Shown: positions 48,018-58,128, counted from the stretch's first letter. The stretch: DNA of 64,000 nt from Candidatus Bathyarchaeota archaeon (GCA_963782525.1 CAWAKC010000007.1:348165-412164), one strand, 5' to 3'. The notes: generated by a model not told the origin, from the letters alone. A program made the numbers and translations.

Positions 48018-49246
48018 TAGAGTTGTTCAATCTCCTTTAAAATTTCCATGAAGCGGTCAACTTCTTGGGTTGTGTTGTAGATGTAGAAGCTTGAGCGCGC
48101 GGAAGAGTGCAGTTTAAAGAATTCGTGCAGTGGCTGAGCACAATGGAAACCGCTACGCATCATTACTCCATAGTTATCGAAGAATAATGCTACGTCATGC
48201 GAAGATAAACCGTCAACACCAAACGGAATTATGCCCAATTTGTCGGAAAGACTATTTGGACCATAAACTGTGACTTTTTTGCATTCTTTCAATCGCTCAA
48301 CTGCATATCTCGTTAAATCTTTCTCGTGGCTAAGGACATTATCCATGCCTAAACCTTCAAGGTATCTTACTGCTTCACCTAACCCGATTGCTCCCGCAAT
48401 GTTAGGGGTGCCTGCCTCAAACTTCCATGGCAACTCATTCCATGAGACGCTGCATTGTCCTTTGCTCTCGTTGATTGAAACTTCCTTGATCATTTCACCG
48501 CCCCCCATGAATGGAGGCATCTTTTCCAAGACTTCTTTCTTGCCATATAGCACTCCGATACCTGTTGGACCGAGCATTTTGTGTCCTGAGAAAGCAAGAA
48601 AATCCATGTTGAGGTCTTGAACGTCAACTTTCATGTGGGGCACCGATTGGGCCCCGTCAACCAGCATCAAAGCGCCGTTGTCGTGAGCTACTTTGCCGAT
48701 GCGTTTAACGTCGTTGATTACGCCAGTGACATTTGAGACATGGCTTAAGCAAGCAATTTTTGTTTTGTTGCAGAGTTTGCTTTCAAAATCATCATAGTCC
48801 AATGTGCCGTCAGGGTGTACTTTGACATATTTTATTGTGAAACCCTTGAGTTTAGCGGTGATTTCCCATGGAACGATGTTGCTATGGTGCTCCATCAACG
48901 ACACAAGCACCTCGTCGCCCTTGCCAAGATTGCTCAATCCCCATGAATACGCGACTAAGTTAATGGCTTCAGTTGTGCCCCGCACAAAGAGGGTTTCGCT
49001 GGGTTTGGCGTTGATGAATTTCGCGATTCTTTCGCGTGCACTCTCGTAGAGGTCGGTTGCTTCCAAAGAAAGCGTGTGGACAGCTCGGTGGACGTTGCCG
49101 TTGTGGTTTTCGTAGAAATCTTTGATGGCTTCGATGACTTGGCGGGGTTTTTGAGTGGTTGCAGCGTTGTCAAAGTAAATTAGGGGGTAGCCGTTGATTT
49201 TTCTGTTTAAGATGGGGAAGTCTTGTCTTAGCGCTTGGGAATCTAT
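48017..49246 (-). CDS. sufS: SufS-type cysteine desulfurase (N-terminus extends beyond the called ORF; no canonical start codon)
   Basis: Frame is open from 49246: IDSQALRQDFPIL...IYFDNAATTQKP...NVHR, then EHHSN, FSGHKMLGPTG and RSGFHCA. Confidence 0.93.
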   Translation of the reverse strand: MDSQALRQDFPILNRKINGYPLIYFDNAATTQKPRQVIEAIKDFYENHNGNVHRAVHTLSLEATDLYESARERIAKFINAKPSETLFVRGTTEAINLVAYSWGLSNLGKGDEVLVSLMEHHSNIVPWEITAKLKGFTIKYVKVHPDGTLDYDDFESKLCNKTKIACLSHVSNVTGVINDVKRIGKVAHDNGALMLVDGAQSVPHMKVDVQDLNMDFLAFSGHKMLGPTGIGVLYGKKEVLEKMPPFMGGGEMIKEVSINESKGQCSVSWNELPWKFEAGTPNIAGAIGLGEAVRYLEGLGMDNVLSHEKDLTRYAVERLKECKKVTVYGPNSLSDKLGIIPFGVDGLSSHDVALFFDNYGVMMRSGFHCAQPLHEFFKLHSSARSSFYIYNTTQEVDRFMEILKEIEQL

Positions 49247-49782
49247 GATTTTTTTTCTGCCTCAGGCTTGAGCCTCTTAGAGAGTGTCTTTGCGAGTTCT
49301 TCTTCTTCTAATGCTTGTTTTTCTTCGAAGGTATGTTCTTTGGGTAACCAGCTTGGTGCTTCAACGCCTTTTTGGGTGAAATACTGTCTTATTGCCCGTT
49401 TGAGGGCGCCCACGGCAAGGACTCCGCAATGGAATTTAACTGCGGGTAAGCCGCCGATTTCTTCCGTGACTTTTTTCCAAGTTATATTATTCCATGCATC
49501 TTCCAACGTTAAGCATTTGACCATTTCCGTGACTATGCTAGAGGTGGCGATGTTTGCGGCGCACCCATAACTTTCGAACTGTGCTTTCTCAATTATTTGT
49601 TTTGCTTCGTCGATTTTTAGGTAAAAAGTGATCATGTCTCCGCAGGCAGGGTTTCCTGCAACTGCCACGACTGTGGCATCTTCCATTTTGCCAAGGTTCT
49701 TTGGGTGTTGAAATAACTCCATAACTTTTGGGTTGTACGGTAAAGGTATACGTGACATACTAATGTACTCCTGTTGAGCCAA
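49243..49782 (-). CDS. iscU: Fe-S cluster scaffold IscU/NifU
   Basis: GNPACGD, GCAA and KFHC motifs. Confidence 0.95.
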   Translation of the reverse strand: MAQQEYISMSRIPLPYNPKVMELFQHPKNLGKMEDATVVAVAGNPACGDMITFYLKIDEAKQIIEKAQFESYGCAANIATSSIVTEMVKCLTLEDAWNNITWKKVTEEIGGLPAVKFHCGVLAVGALKRAIRQYFTQKGVEAPSWLPKEHTFEEKQALEEEELAKTLSKRLKPEAEKKS

Positions 49783-50983
49783 CTATCCCTCTAATACGAT
49801 TGACAGCTGTAGGTAAAACACTAAGAACGTAAGTTATATCCTCTTCTGTATGGTTGCGGGTAACTTTCATAAGGATACTGCCGTGTGCTTCCTCGAATAT
49901 GCGTCCAATAGCGATGAGAACGTGGCTTGGCTGCAAAAGTCTTCTGCTGCATGCGCTACCGCTTGAAACATACACGCCTTTGAGACTGAGTTCGATGGTT
50001 AAGGCTTCGCCTTCAGCGCGGAGGATGCTGATGTTGGCGTTGTCTGGGCTGCGTTTGTCTCCTTTTGGACCGTTAAAGCGCAAGTCTCCGAGTTCACTGA
50101 ATATGCCATCAACAAGCTTGTCACGGAGTGTTCGCATTTTTGTGGTGTTTGCTTCAAAGTTCTCAAAAGCCAACTCAGACGCTTTGGTGAAACCAACGAT
50201 TAATGGTGTGTTCTCTACGCCTGGCCAGAGCTTTTGGGTTCCGATTTGCCCTTCGAGGATACGTTCCATGTTTACTCCATCTCTCAGGTAAATGGCGCCC
50301 ATTCCTCTGGGTCCCTGAATCTTGTAGCTACTTACGGTGGCTAAGTCAACTTTTAGGTTTTGCACGTTGAAGGGGGTCCTGCCATAGGCGTCTGAAGCGT
50401 CGGTATGAAAGAGAGCTTGGGAATTTTGGGCTTTAACGATGTCTACGGCTTCTTTGATGGGCTGGATGGTTCCCAATTCGTTATTGACTGCTGAAATGCT
50501 GACTAATATGGTTTCTTTATCGACTGCTTCTTTAAGTTTTTCTAAATTGATGAAGCCTTCGTGGTCTACTGGGATTTTGGTGGTTGAGAAACCGAATTTC
50601 CCCATCATCTCAGCGACTTGTAGCACATTTATAGGTTCGATTTCTGAAATTACGATTTTTTTGCCCTTGCTTTTCTGCGCAAAGCATGATCCCATTATGG
50701 CGAGGTTGTTGGCTTCGGTTTCGCTGGGGGTGAAGGTGATTTCTTCGAGGATTTTTGCGCCCATGTATTTGCTGATTTTTTGAAAGCTGTTCATGATGAC
50801 TTCGAATGCTTCCCATCCCGGCTTGTGTGTGAGCGTGGGGTTGCCGTAGGCGATTTTGTTGAAGTAGGGCAGCATTGCGTCCACTACCTGTTGGGGAACA
50901 ATGCAGGAGTTTTCGTTGTCTAAGTAAACCTCATGTGTGATGCCTTCATGCAGTTTGAGGAGATCTTTAACGTTTTCAACCAT
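49760..50983 (-). CDS. iscS: IscS/NifS-type cysteine desulfurase
   Basis: NNELGTIQP, FHTDA, SSYKIQGPRG (PLP Lys) and SSGSACS. Confidence 0.92.
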   Translation of the reverse strand: MVENVKDLLKLHEGITHEVYLDNENSCIVPQQVVDAMLPYFNKIAYGNPTLTHKPGWEAFEVIMNSFQKISKYMGAKILEEITFTPSETEANNLAIMGSCFAQKSKGKKIVISEIEPINVLQVAEMMGKFGFSTTKIPVDHEGFINLEKLKEAVDKETILVSISAVNNELGTIQPIKEAVDIVKAQNSQALFHTDASDAYGRTPFNVQNLKVDLATVSSYKIQGPRGMGAIYLRDGVNMERILEGQIGTQKLWPGVENTPLIVGFTKASELAFENFEANTTKMRTLRDKLVDGIFSELGDLRFNGPKGDKRSPDNANISILRAEGEALTIELSLKGVYVSSGSACSRRLLQPSHVLIAIGRIFEEAHGSILMKVTRNHTEEDITYVLSVLPTAVNRIRGIVGSTGVH

Positions 50984-51243
50984 ACAGTATCCTACCTGAT
51001 ATTTTGGGACAGATAAACTCGTTCTACCTTGCTAGTATCTAGTTCAACTAAAAAAACCTAACCACAAATCATCCTCATGACTGTGCCATAATTTCTCTCT
51101 TAAAATGCCTCCTTAAAATTTTGCTTAGTATTTCGCCGTTTCAAAAATTATGATGCAAAGGTTATCAAATTGGCATTAAAACTCCCTGAATTTGCCTAAA
51201 TTTAAATAGCTCTTCTGAAAATAAGGGGCTTGGGGATATTGAG

Positions 51244-51426
51244 TTGGCTGCAATGTTTGAAATAAGAAACACAGTTAACGGAAAATTTTACTGGAGATTC
51301 AAGGCCATAAACGGTGAAATTGTTGCAGTAAGCGAGGTATACGAGTCAAAACAGGGCTGCAAGAACGGCATTGACTGCATAATGAGCAACGCAGTTTTTG
51401 CCGAAATCAAAGATCAATCCCTCTAA
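51244..51426 (+). CDS. DUF1508 (YegP-like) small protein
   Basis: FEI...GKFYWRFKAINGEIVAVSEVYESKQGCKNGI. Confidence 0.85.
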   Translation: MAAMFEIRNTVNGKFYWRFKAINGEIVAVSEVYESKQGCKNGIDCIMSNAVFAEIKDQSL

Positions 51427-51581
51427 ACTAACCGTTTTCTTTTTTTCAAAACATATTTTTAGATTTGACTTATTTTTTACAATTCACCAACTGTAAACGG
51501 GGAAAAAAGCCGTAGAATTACAAAAAAACTCTAATAACCCACCCAAACCCATACTATCCAACAACAGGTTTATGGCGAATC

Positions 51582-53870
51582 ATGTTAAAGATTGCAGAGT
51601 TACCCGTAATCCAACCCGTTAAAGACATTCTCAACGGCTTGGGAATAATGGAGCTGTTTCCACCTCAGGAAGAAACTGTACGGGCAGGAGTGCTGGAAGG
51701 CAGAAACATCGTCCTTGCCAGTCCCACAGCGTCGGGCAAAACTTTAGTTGCGGAACTCTGCGCTCTCAAACATGTTCTCGAAAAAGGCGGCAAAGTTATC
51801 TACCTCTCCCCGCTTAGAGCATTGGCTTCTGAAAAATTTGAAGACTTCTACAAGTACACATCCATCAAAAAAGTGGATGGCAGAAAAATCAGCGTTGGTA
51901 TCAGCACGGGAGATTTTGACAGCGCCGACAACTGGCTTGAACGCTACGACATCATCATCACCACTAACGAAAAAGCCGATTCACTGCTACGGCACCGCGC
52001 TAAATGGATGGATAATATCTCGCTTGCAATCGCCGACGAAATTCACCTTTTAAATGAAGCCGAACGTGGACCGACCCTGGAAATTGTGCTTGCACGCCTT
52101 TTGCAGGTTAACCCCAACATCCAAATCTTAGCTCTAAGCGCCACAATAAACAACGTCGCTGAAATCGCAGGTTGGCTAAACGCCAAGCCAATCGTGACGG
52201 AATGGCGCCCAATCAACCTCAAAGAAGGCATCATACTCAAAGATGAAATTCAATACAAAGATGGGGAAGCACGAAGGATAGAACAGGAAACAAGTCTTCC
52301 TCTGATTAATTTGGTTTTAAATACCTTGAAGAATGGGGGACAAGCGTTGATTTTTGCTTCGACGCGAAGAAACGCAGTTTCAGCCGCGAAGACAGTGGCA
52401 AGCCACATGTATAAAGCGTTGGCTCCTAAATCCGGTTCAAAGCTGGTTAAGCGCTCGATAGAGGAAGAAGCAAAGAAGGTCTTGGAAAAAGAAGCAAAAA
52501 AAATCCTGGATGCAGGCGAACGGACCCAGCTCAGCGAAGAACTCGCTGATTTAGTGCGCTGTGCCACTGCATACCATCATGCTGGGCTGTCTGGAGCTCA
52601 TCGCAAAATCATCGAGGATGACTTCAAAGAAAGAAAAATTAAAGTCTTAAGTGCTACTCCTACGTTGGCATGGGGTGTTAACTTGCCCGCGCGTACAGTC
52701 ATTATCCAAGACTACAGGCGCTTTGAAGCTGGACTCGGTAACTATCCCATAAGTGTGTTGGATTACAAGCAGATGGCTGGCAGGGCTGGGAGACCGAAAT
52801 ACGACAAGTTCGGCGAATCCGTCCTTATCGCCAAAACCGCTGACGAACAAGATTACCTTATGGAAAACTATGTCATGGCTAAGCCCGAACGCATATGGTC
52901 CAGATTGGCAGTGGAGAAAATCATCCGCGCACACGTCCTATCAACCATAGCCTCTGATTTTGCTCACTCTGAAAACGGGATCTACGAATTTTTCGGCAAA
53001 ACCTTCTACGCCTACCAATACGACGTGAAAGCCATAAAAAGTGTCATAAACAAAATCCTCCGGTTTCTCCATGACGAAGAAATGATTGTCGTGGCAGGTG
53101 ACAGAATCTTAGCCACCAAATTTGGCAAACGAATAAGCGAACTCTACATTGACCCCCTCTCAGGCGTCATAATAAGGGATGCATTGCAGAGTAAACCTCC
53201 GCTTTTAACCGAGTTCAGCCTACTCCATCTAATCTCCCACACGCCGGATATGGGTCCAATCATGCGTCCCTACCAACGCGAAATGGACAAATTAGCCGTC
53301 CAAACTGAAGACCACAAACAAGAACTATTCATAGAACCGCCCGACCAATGGAGCGACCACATCGGATACGCCGAATTCTTGGGCGAAGTCAAAACCGCCA
53401 TAGTTATGAACAACTGGATTGAGGAGTTGCCTGAAGAAAAAATCATAGAACGCTTCAATGTTCAACCAGGCGACCTTTACCGCACCATCGAAACGGCCAA
53501 GTGGCTCCTCCACGCCATAGACGAACTATCGCCTGTGGTGGCCAAGAACAAAGATGTTTCCTCCTTAAGTCACGAACTTGTCGAGCGGGTGTCTAAGGGT
53601 ATAAAGAGAGAACTTTTACCCATCGTTCAGCTGGAAGGCGTCGGTAGAGTCCGCGGACGTGTAATATTCAATGCAGGTTACCAAACTATCCCAGACCTCA
53701 AACGAGCATCCATCGAAGAACTGACCAACCTTCCCTCCGTGGGTCCAAGGCTTGCCAAGAAAATTAAGGAGCAAGTCGGTGGCTTCGTCAAGAAAGATGA
53801 GTGGGAAAGTCTTGATAAGGCAGCGGCGGCGTCAGATGAAGCGACGCAGAAAGGACTGTTTGATTTTTAA
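51582..53870 (+). CDS. hel308: Ski2-like DNA helicase Hel308/Hjm
   Basis: PTASGKT, DEIH, LSAT, HHAGL and QMAGRAGRP motifs; C-terminal HhH. Confidence 0.96.
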   Translation: MLKIAELPVIQPVKDILNGLGIMELFPPQEETVRAGVLEGRNIVLASPTASGKTLVAELCALKHVLEKGGKVIYLSPLRALASEKFEDFYKYTSIKKVDGRKISVGISTGDFDSADNWLERYDIIITTNEKADSLLRHRAKWMDNISLAIADEIHLLNEAERGPTLEIVLARLLQVNPNIQILALSATINNVAEIAGWLNAKPIVTEWRPINLKEGIILKDEIQYKDGEARRIEQETSLPLINLVLNTLKNGGQALIFASTRRNAVSAAKTVASHMYKALAPKSGSKLVKRSIEEEAKKVLEKEAKKILDAGERTQLSEELADLVRCATAYHHAGLSGAHRKIIEDDFKERKIKVLSATPTLAWGVNLPARTVIIQDYRRFEAGLGNYPISVLDYKQMAGRAGRPKYDKFGESVLIAKTADEQDYLMENYVMAKPERIWSRLAVEKIIRAHVLSTIASDFAHSENGIYEFFGKTFYAYQYDVKAIKSVINKILRFLHDEEMIVVAGDRILATKFGKRISELYIDPLSGVIIRDALQSKPPLLTEFSLLHLISHTPDMGPIMRPYQREMDKLAVQTEDHKQELFIEPPDQWSDHIGYAEFLGEVKTAIVMNNWIEELPEEKIIERFNVQPGDLYRTIETAKWLLHAIDELSPVVAKNKDVSSLSHELVERVSKGIKRELLPIVQLEGVGRVRGRVIFNAGYQTIPDLKRASIEELTNLPSVGPRLAKKIKEQVGGFVKKDEWESLDKAAAASDEATQKGLFDF

Positions 53871-55204
53871 GCGCTCTTCGCGAACCGGTCTGCCTGCTTT
53901 ATTGCAGTGCCCAAGTAGTTTTTGGGGTTGAGGGCTTGGTCGATTTCTTTTTCGCTCAGTTTGCTACTTATTAGTTTGTCTTCAAGGATCGCTTGTTTGA
54001 ATGTTTTCTTTGCGACTGCACTTTGGATGGTTAATTTCCGCAGCATCTCATGTGCCTCCTGCCGATTCACACCTTTCTTTGTTAGCGCCATCATTACTGA
54101 TTCCGACATTGCTCGTCCCTGAGTCAACGACAGGTTCTGAAGCATCCGTTCACTGTCCACTCGCAAGTTAGCTACGATGTTGCAGGTCAGGTTAAGGATG
54201 TAGTCGAGCAGGATATTCGATTCGGGGAGGATAAAGCGTTCAGCGGACGACTGCGTTAAGTCGCGTTCATGCCAAGTCACCATGTCTTCTAACGCGGGTG
54301 TAACTAGGCTTCGGACGATTCGGGCTAAGCCGCAAACGCGCTCGCATGTCTCCGGGTTTTGCTTGTGGGGCATGGTGGAGCTGCCGACTTGTTTTTTTGC
54401 TTCAAAAGATTCGAAGAGTTCAGCGATTTCTGGGCGTTGGAGTTCGCGGATTTCGGTTGCAAAATTCTCGAGTGAAGAAGCCATTGCTGCGTAGATGCAT
54501 ACGAGTTCGGCGTAGCGGTCGCGTTGCACGATTTGGGTTGAAATCTCAGCTGCCTGCAAACCAAGCTGTTTCATGACAAGCTCTTGAATCTTCTCGGCGT
54601 GCTCGCCTAAACCAGCTTGTGTGCCGACGGCGCCGCTTATTTTTCCAACCAGAACGCGTTTCTTGCACTCTTCTAAACGGTCTATGTGCCTGTTAATTTC
54701 GTATCCCCAAACAGCGAACTTGAATCCCAAAGTGATAGGTAGGGCATGTTGTCCGTGGGTTCTGCCAATCATAACTGTGTCTTTATGCAGAAGCGCTTGT
54801 TTTTTGAGGATAGTTTTGAAATCAATTAGCCTTTTCTCGATGGCTTCTAACGCGTCTTTTAGTTGTAGGGCGTTGGCTGTGTCGACGATGTCGTAGCTTG
54901 TTGCGCCGAGGTGGACGTATGCGCCGCTTTCTCCGCAAACCTCTGAGAGGGCACGGACTAGCGAGGCGATGTCATGCTTTATCTCCTTCTCTATTGCCTT
55001 CACCCATTCAACCTTAACGTACTTGGTGGATGCCATCTCTGCGATTTTCTCGGCATCCTTCTTTGGGATGTTTCCAACTTCAGCATGAGCCAAAGCCAAC
55101 GCTGCTTCAACGTCAAGCAGTTTCTGAACTCGGGTTTCTTCGTCGAAGATTTTGAGCATTTCTGGCGTTCCATAGCGACCAGTGTCGATTGGCAAGATAG
55201 GCAA
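53867..55204 (-). CDS. purB: adenylosuccinate lyase
   Basis: HLGATSYDIVDTA, GRTHGQHA and GSSTMPHKQNP motifs. Confidence 0.97.
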   Translation of the reverse strand: MPILPIDTGRYGTPEMLKIFDEETRVQKLLDVEAALALAHAEVGNIPKKDAEKIAEMASTKYVKVEWVKAIEKEIKHDIASLVRALSEVCGESGAYVHLGATSYDIVDTANALQLKDALEAIEKRLIDFKTILKKQALLHKDTVMIGRTHGQHALPITLGFKFAVWGYEINRHIDRLEECKKRVLVGKISGAVGTQAGLGEHAEKIQELVMKQLGLQAAEISTQIVQRDRYAELVCIYAAMASSLENFATEIRELQRPEIAELFESFEAKKQVGSSTMPHKQNPETCERVCGLARIVRSLVTPALEDMVTWHERDLTQSSAERFILPESNILLDYILNLTCNIVANLRVDSERMLQNLSLTQGRAMSESVMMALTKKGVNRQEAHEMLRKLTIQSAVAKKTFKQAILEDKLISSKLSEKEIDQALNPKNYLGTAIKQADRFAKSA

Positions 55205-55297
55205 GTATTCGTAACCTCAAGGATAGGGTTATGCAGATTAAACATTAATGTTTTACCAATGCACTAGCACTTTGAAAGCAGATTTGGTGTATACGCC

Positions 55298-56749
55298 TTG
55301 AAAGTAACCATCACAGTTTTGGACAAGAACGGTGACAGCGCCGTTACGAGAGTTCTTGATGTTTTGGATTCATTTAATTTGTGGATGCCCGCACGTTTCG
55401 GCTTAATTACACCAAAGAAGGGACTCTTTGAGAAGAATGTTGAAATCATGAAAAAGCAAGGGTTACAATCCTCGGCGGTGTCTGGTTATGTTACTTCAAA
55501 ACCCAAATCAAACAGCGACTATGAACACTTACAGTTGGATGACGCCGCTTTGCTCTTCGAAGGTAGAGCTTTTGCTCCCACTCCAAAAACCGCTATCACA
55601 GAAGAAGCCGCCAAAAACCCGCAACACTGCGAAGCCACTCTCCAAACATTAATCCAGCAAACCGACGGCGACTTTGCATTCTTTATGCTCAGGGAAGGCT
55701 GGATTGCATCTGGAAGAGACCCCATGGGAGTCCAACCCCTCTATTTTGGCGAAAACAGGGACATATCCGTCTTCTCCACAAACCGCACAGCACTCTGGAA
55801 ACTTGGAATAGAAAACGCGACCTCTTTTCCTCCTGGAAACCTGGCGTTTGTCAACAAGGAAGGCTTCAAATTCAAACCCATCAAAACCCTAACGTACAAA
55901 GAACCCATACAAATAACGATGGATGACGCTGCAAAACAACTTCAGGTTATTTTGGAACAATCTATCCAGAGGCGAGTTAATGGTTTAAAAGAGGTAGCTG
56001 TGGCATTTTCTGGTGGCTTGGACAGTAGTTTGGTGGCTTTTCTGGCAAACAAGTTGGGTGTTACAGTTAATTTGCTCCATGTTAGCTTGGAGAACCAAGA
56101 CGAAACTGAAGAAGCCATCGAAGCGGCGGAAGCGTTGAATTTGCCTTTGCAAGTTGATTTATTCAAAGAATCTGACGTGGAAAGAATACTGCCTAAGGTT
56201 GTCGAGCTCATTGAGGAAGCGGACCCGATTAAGGCAAGCATTGGGGTGCCGTTCTATTGGGTTGCGGAGAAGGCAGCTGAGGCCGGCTTCAGGGTCCTGT
56301 TGGCTGGGCAGGGCGCGGATGAACTCTTCGGAGGCTACCAGCGATATGTGCGCGAATGCTGTAAAGATGGTGGGGCAGCAGCTAGAAAAACCATGTTCAA
56401 TGATGTTGTTAGAATTCATGAGAGTAACCTTGAGCGCGACCTAAAAATCACTAGTTTCCACGACGTTGAGTTGCGTGTGCCGTTTGGCTCCTATGACCTA
56501 GCAGAGTTTGCCCTTAGTTTACCAGTAGAATTGAAAATCGAAAACAAAGCCGACACCTTGCGCAAGCTTGTCCTAAGAAAAGCGGCATTGAACGCAGGGT
56601 TACCAAATACGATAGTTAATAAACCCAAGAAAGCAGTTCAGTACTCCACTGGAATAAACAATGCCATAAAAAGAATCTCAAAAAACAACGAAAAAACAGT
56701 CAATGAATACATAAATGACCTTTTCCAAATATCCAAAAAAGCCGCCTAA
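55298..56749 (+). CDS. asparagine synthetase B-like ATP pyrophosphatase with degenerate glutaminase domain
   Basis: RDPMGVQPLY, FSGGLDSS, GQGADELFGGY and KKAVQYSTG motifs; no N-terminal Cys. Confidence 0.85.
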   Translation: MKVTITVLDKNGDSAVTRVLDVLDSFNLWMPARFGLITPKKGLFEKNVEIMKKQGLQSSAVSGYVTSKPKSNSDYEHLQLDDAALLFEGRAFAPTPKTAITEEAAKNPQHCEATLQTLIQQTDGDFAFFMLREGWIASGRDPMGVQPLYFGENRDISVFSTNRTALWKLGIENATSFPPGNLAFVNKEGFKFKPIKTLTYKEPIQITMDDAAKQLQVILEQSIQRRVNGLKEVAVAFSGGLDSSLVAFLANKLGVTVNLLHVSLENQDETEEAIEAAEALNLPLQVDLFKESDVERILPKVVELIEEADPIKASIGVPFYWVAEKAAEAGFRVLLAGQGADELFGGYQRYVRECCKDGGAAARKTMFNDVVRIHESNLERDLKITSFHDVELRVPFGSYDLAEFALSLPVELKIENKADTLRKLVLRKAALNAGLPNTIVNKPKKAVQYSTGINNAIKRISKNNEKTVNEYINDLFQISKKAA

Positions 56750-56837
56750 GACCTTCCGCGATTTCCAATAGTAGGTGAGCTCAAAAAAAGTTATTAGAGT
56801 TAAAACTTCAATGATAATCATCGGTGGATTTATTTAA

Positions 56838-57701
56838 GTGTCCTTTGAAATTCAAGAGTTGCCTGACGTCATTAGGGTTATTGTTCTTTTAAACCTCAGT
56901 AAGGGTGTTAAAATAAGGAAGGCTACGCTGAAAGCTCGTATTGATCGTGTTTGCGTCAACTACGCCTGCATCGAAATGAACGAGCTTGATAAGGCGCTTA
57001 AAGAAATGTCGATTGAAGGGCTCATCATCGAAAAAGATGATTTGGTGCAGTTGACGGCGCAGGGACAAAAGCTCGGTAAAGAATGGGAAAGCCTTCTGCT
57101 CAAGAAGGAGCCTATCATGGAGATAGTTGCTGGATTAGTAGACGGGTCAATAACAAGTTTAGTTGTGATTCTTTCTGCTTTCATATCTTCCTTGACTGCG
57201 ACCAGAACCTTTCTAGGCGATCCTCGAACCCTAATCTTCGCCGCATTACTAACGTTGAGCGCTGTAGCTATAACTGGATTTTCAAGTTTTTTGCTTGGCG
57301 GAATCACCGCGGATTTAGCCGATATCATGACGCTGCAAAACTTAATGAATTATAGCTTGAGCGACATACCTGACAAGAAAGAACGCGACAAATCCTTACT
57401 TCTTGTCCAAAAACTATTCACATTGCTTAGCAAGCAAATCCACAGATCCAACCTCTATGGTGCAACTATTTCGGGAGTAACCACTTTCGTGGCAGGCATC
57501 ATCCCAATAGCAACCTATCTGATACTTCCACCAATCTACAACATTGCCGTATCACTAGGTGAAGTCATCGTCATATCTGGAGTGTTCTTAGCACGTTACC
57601 GCTCAAAAAAGACAAGGGTAAACTGGAAAATTACACTTGCCGAAACCATCGCCATCGTTATAATTGCAACCATCGTTTCTTTGTTACTTGGGTCGATATA
57701 G
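56838..57701 (+). CDS. winged-HTH fused to a VIT1/CCC1-like membrane domain
   Basis: N-terminal ELDKALKEMSIEGLI...VQLTAQG; then EIVAGLVDGSITSLVVI and about 5 TM helices including SGVTTFVAGIIPIATY. Confidence 0.7.
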   Translation: MSFEIQELPDVIRVIVLLNLSKGVKIRKATLKARIDRVCVNYACIEMNELDKALKEMSIEGLIIEKDDLVQLTAQGQKLGKEWESLLLKKEPIMEIVAGLVDGSITSLVVILSAFISSLTATRTFLGDPRTLIFAALLTLSAVAITGFSSFLLGGITADLADIMTLQNLMNYSLSDIPDKKERDKSLLLVQKLFTLLSKQIHRSNLYGATISGVTTFVAGIIPIATYLILPPIYNIAVSLGEVIVISGVFLARYRSKKTRVNWKITLAETIAIVIIATIVSLLLGSI

Positions 57702-57702
57702 A

Positions 57703-58128
57703 CTAAATTAATCGTTGTTGCTCAATCATCAAGCACTTGTCCATAACAACAATCAACCCAGCATGTATTGCAGCTTTCGTCGCTTGTTCATTAACTATTC
57801 CCAACTGCATCCAAACCACAGAAGGCCTGCCAACAGCGGCTTTTAGCTGGATGGCTTGCTCTACAATTGGTGGCGTATCCTCCGCTTTCCTAAAAATGGC
57901 AACCATGTCGATGGCTCTTTGGGTTTCAATGGGAATATCGAGGAGACTCTTGAAGCTTTTTTCGCCCAAAACCTCATCGATAAACGGGTTCACTGGAATG
58001 ATGCGGTAGCCCTGTTGCTGCATGTAGGTGCTGACTATATGGCTCATTTTTTCGGGGTCTTTGGATAACCCAACTATTGCAATAGTTCTGGTTTTTTCCA
58101 AAATGTCCTTTATTTGATTCTCGCTCAA
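57703..58128 (-). CDS. CoA-binding protein (YccU family)
   Basis: IAIVGLS, IIPVNP, VWMQLG and VMDKC motifs. Confidence 0.93.
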   Translation of the reverse strand: MSENQIKDILEKTRTIAIVGLSKDPEKMSHIVSTYMQQQGYRIIPVNPFIDEVLGEKSFKSLLDIPIETQRAIDMVAIFRKAEDTPPIVEQAIQLKAAVGRPSVVWMQLGIVNEQATKAAIHAGLIVVMDKCLMIEQQRLI

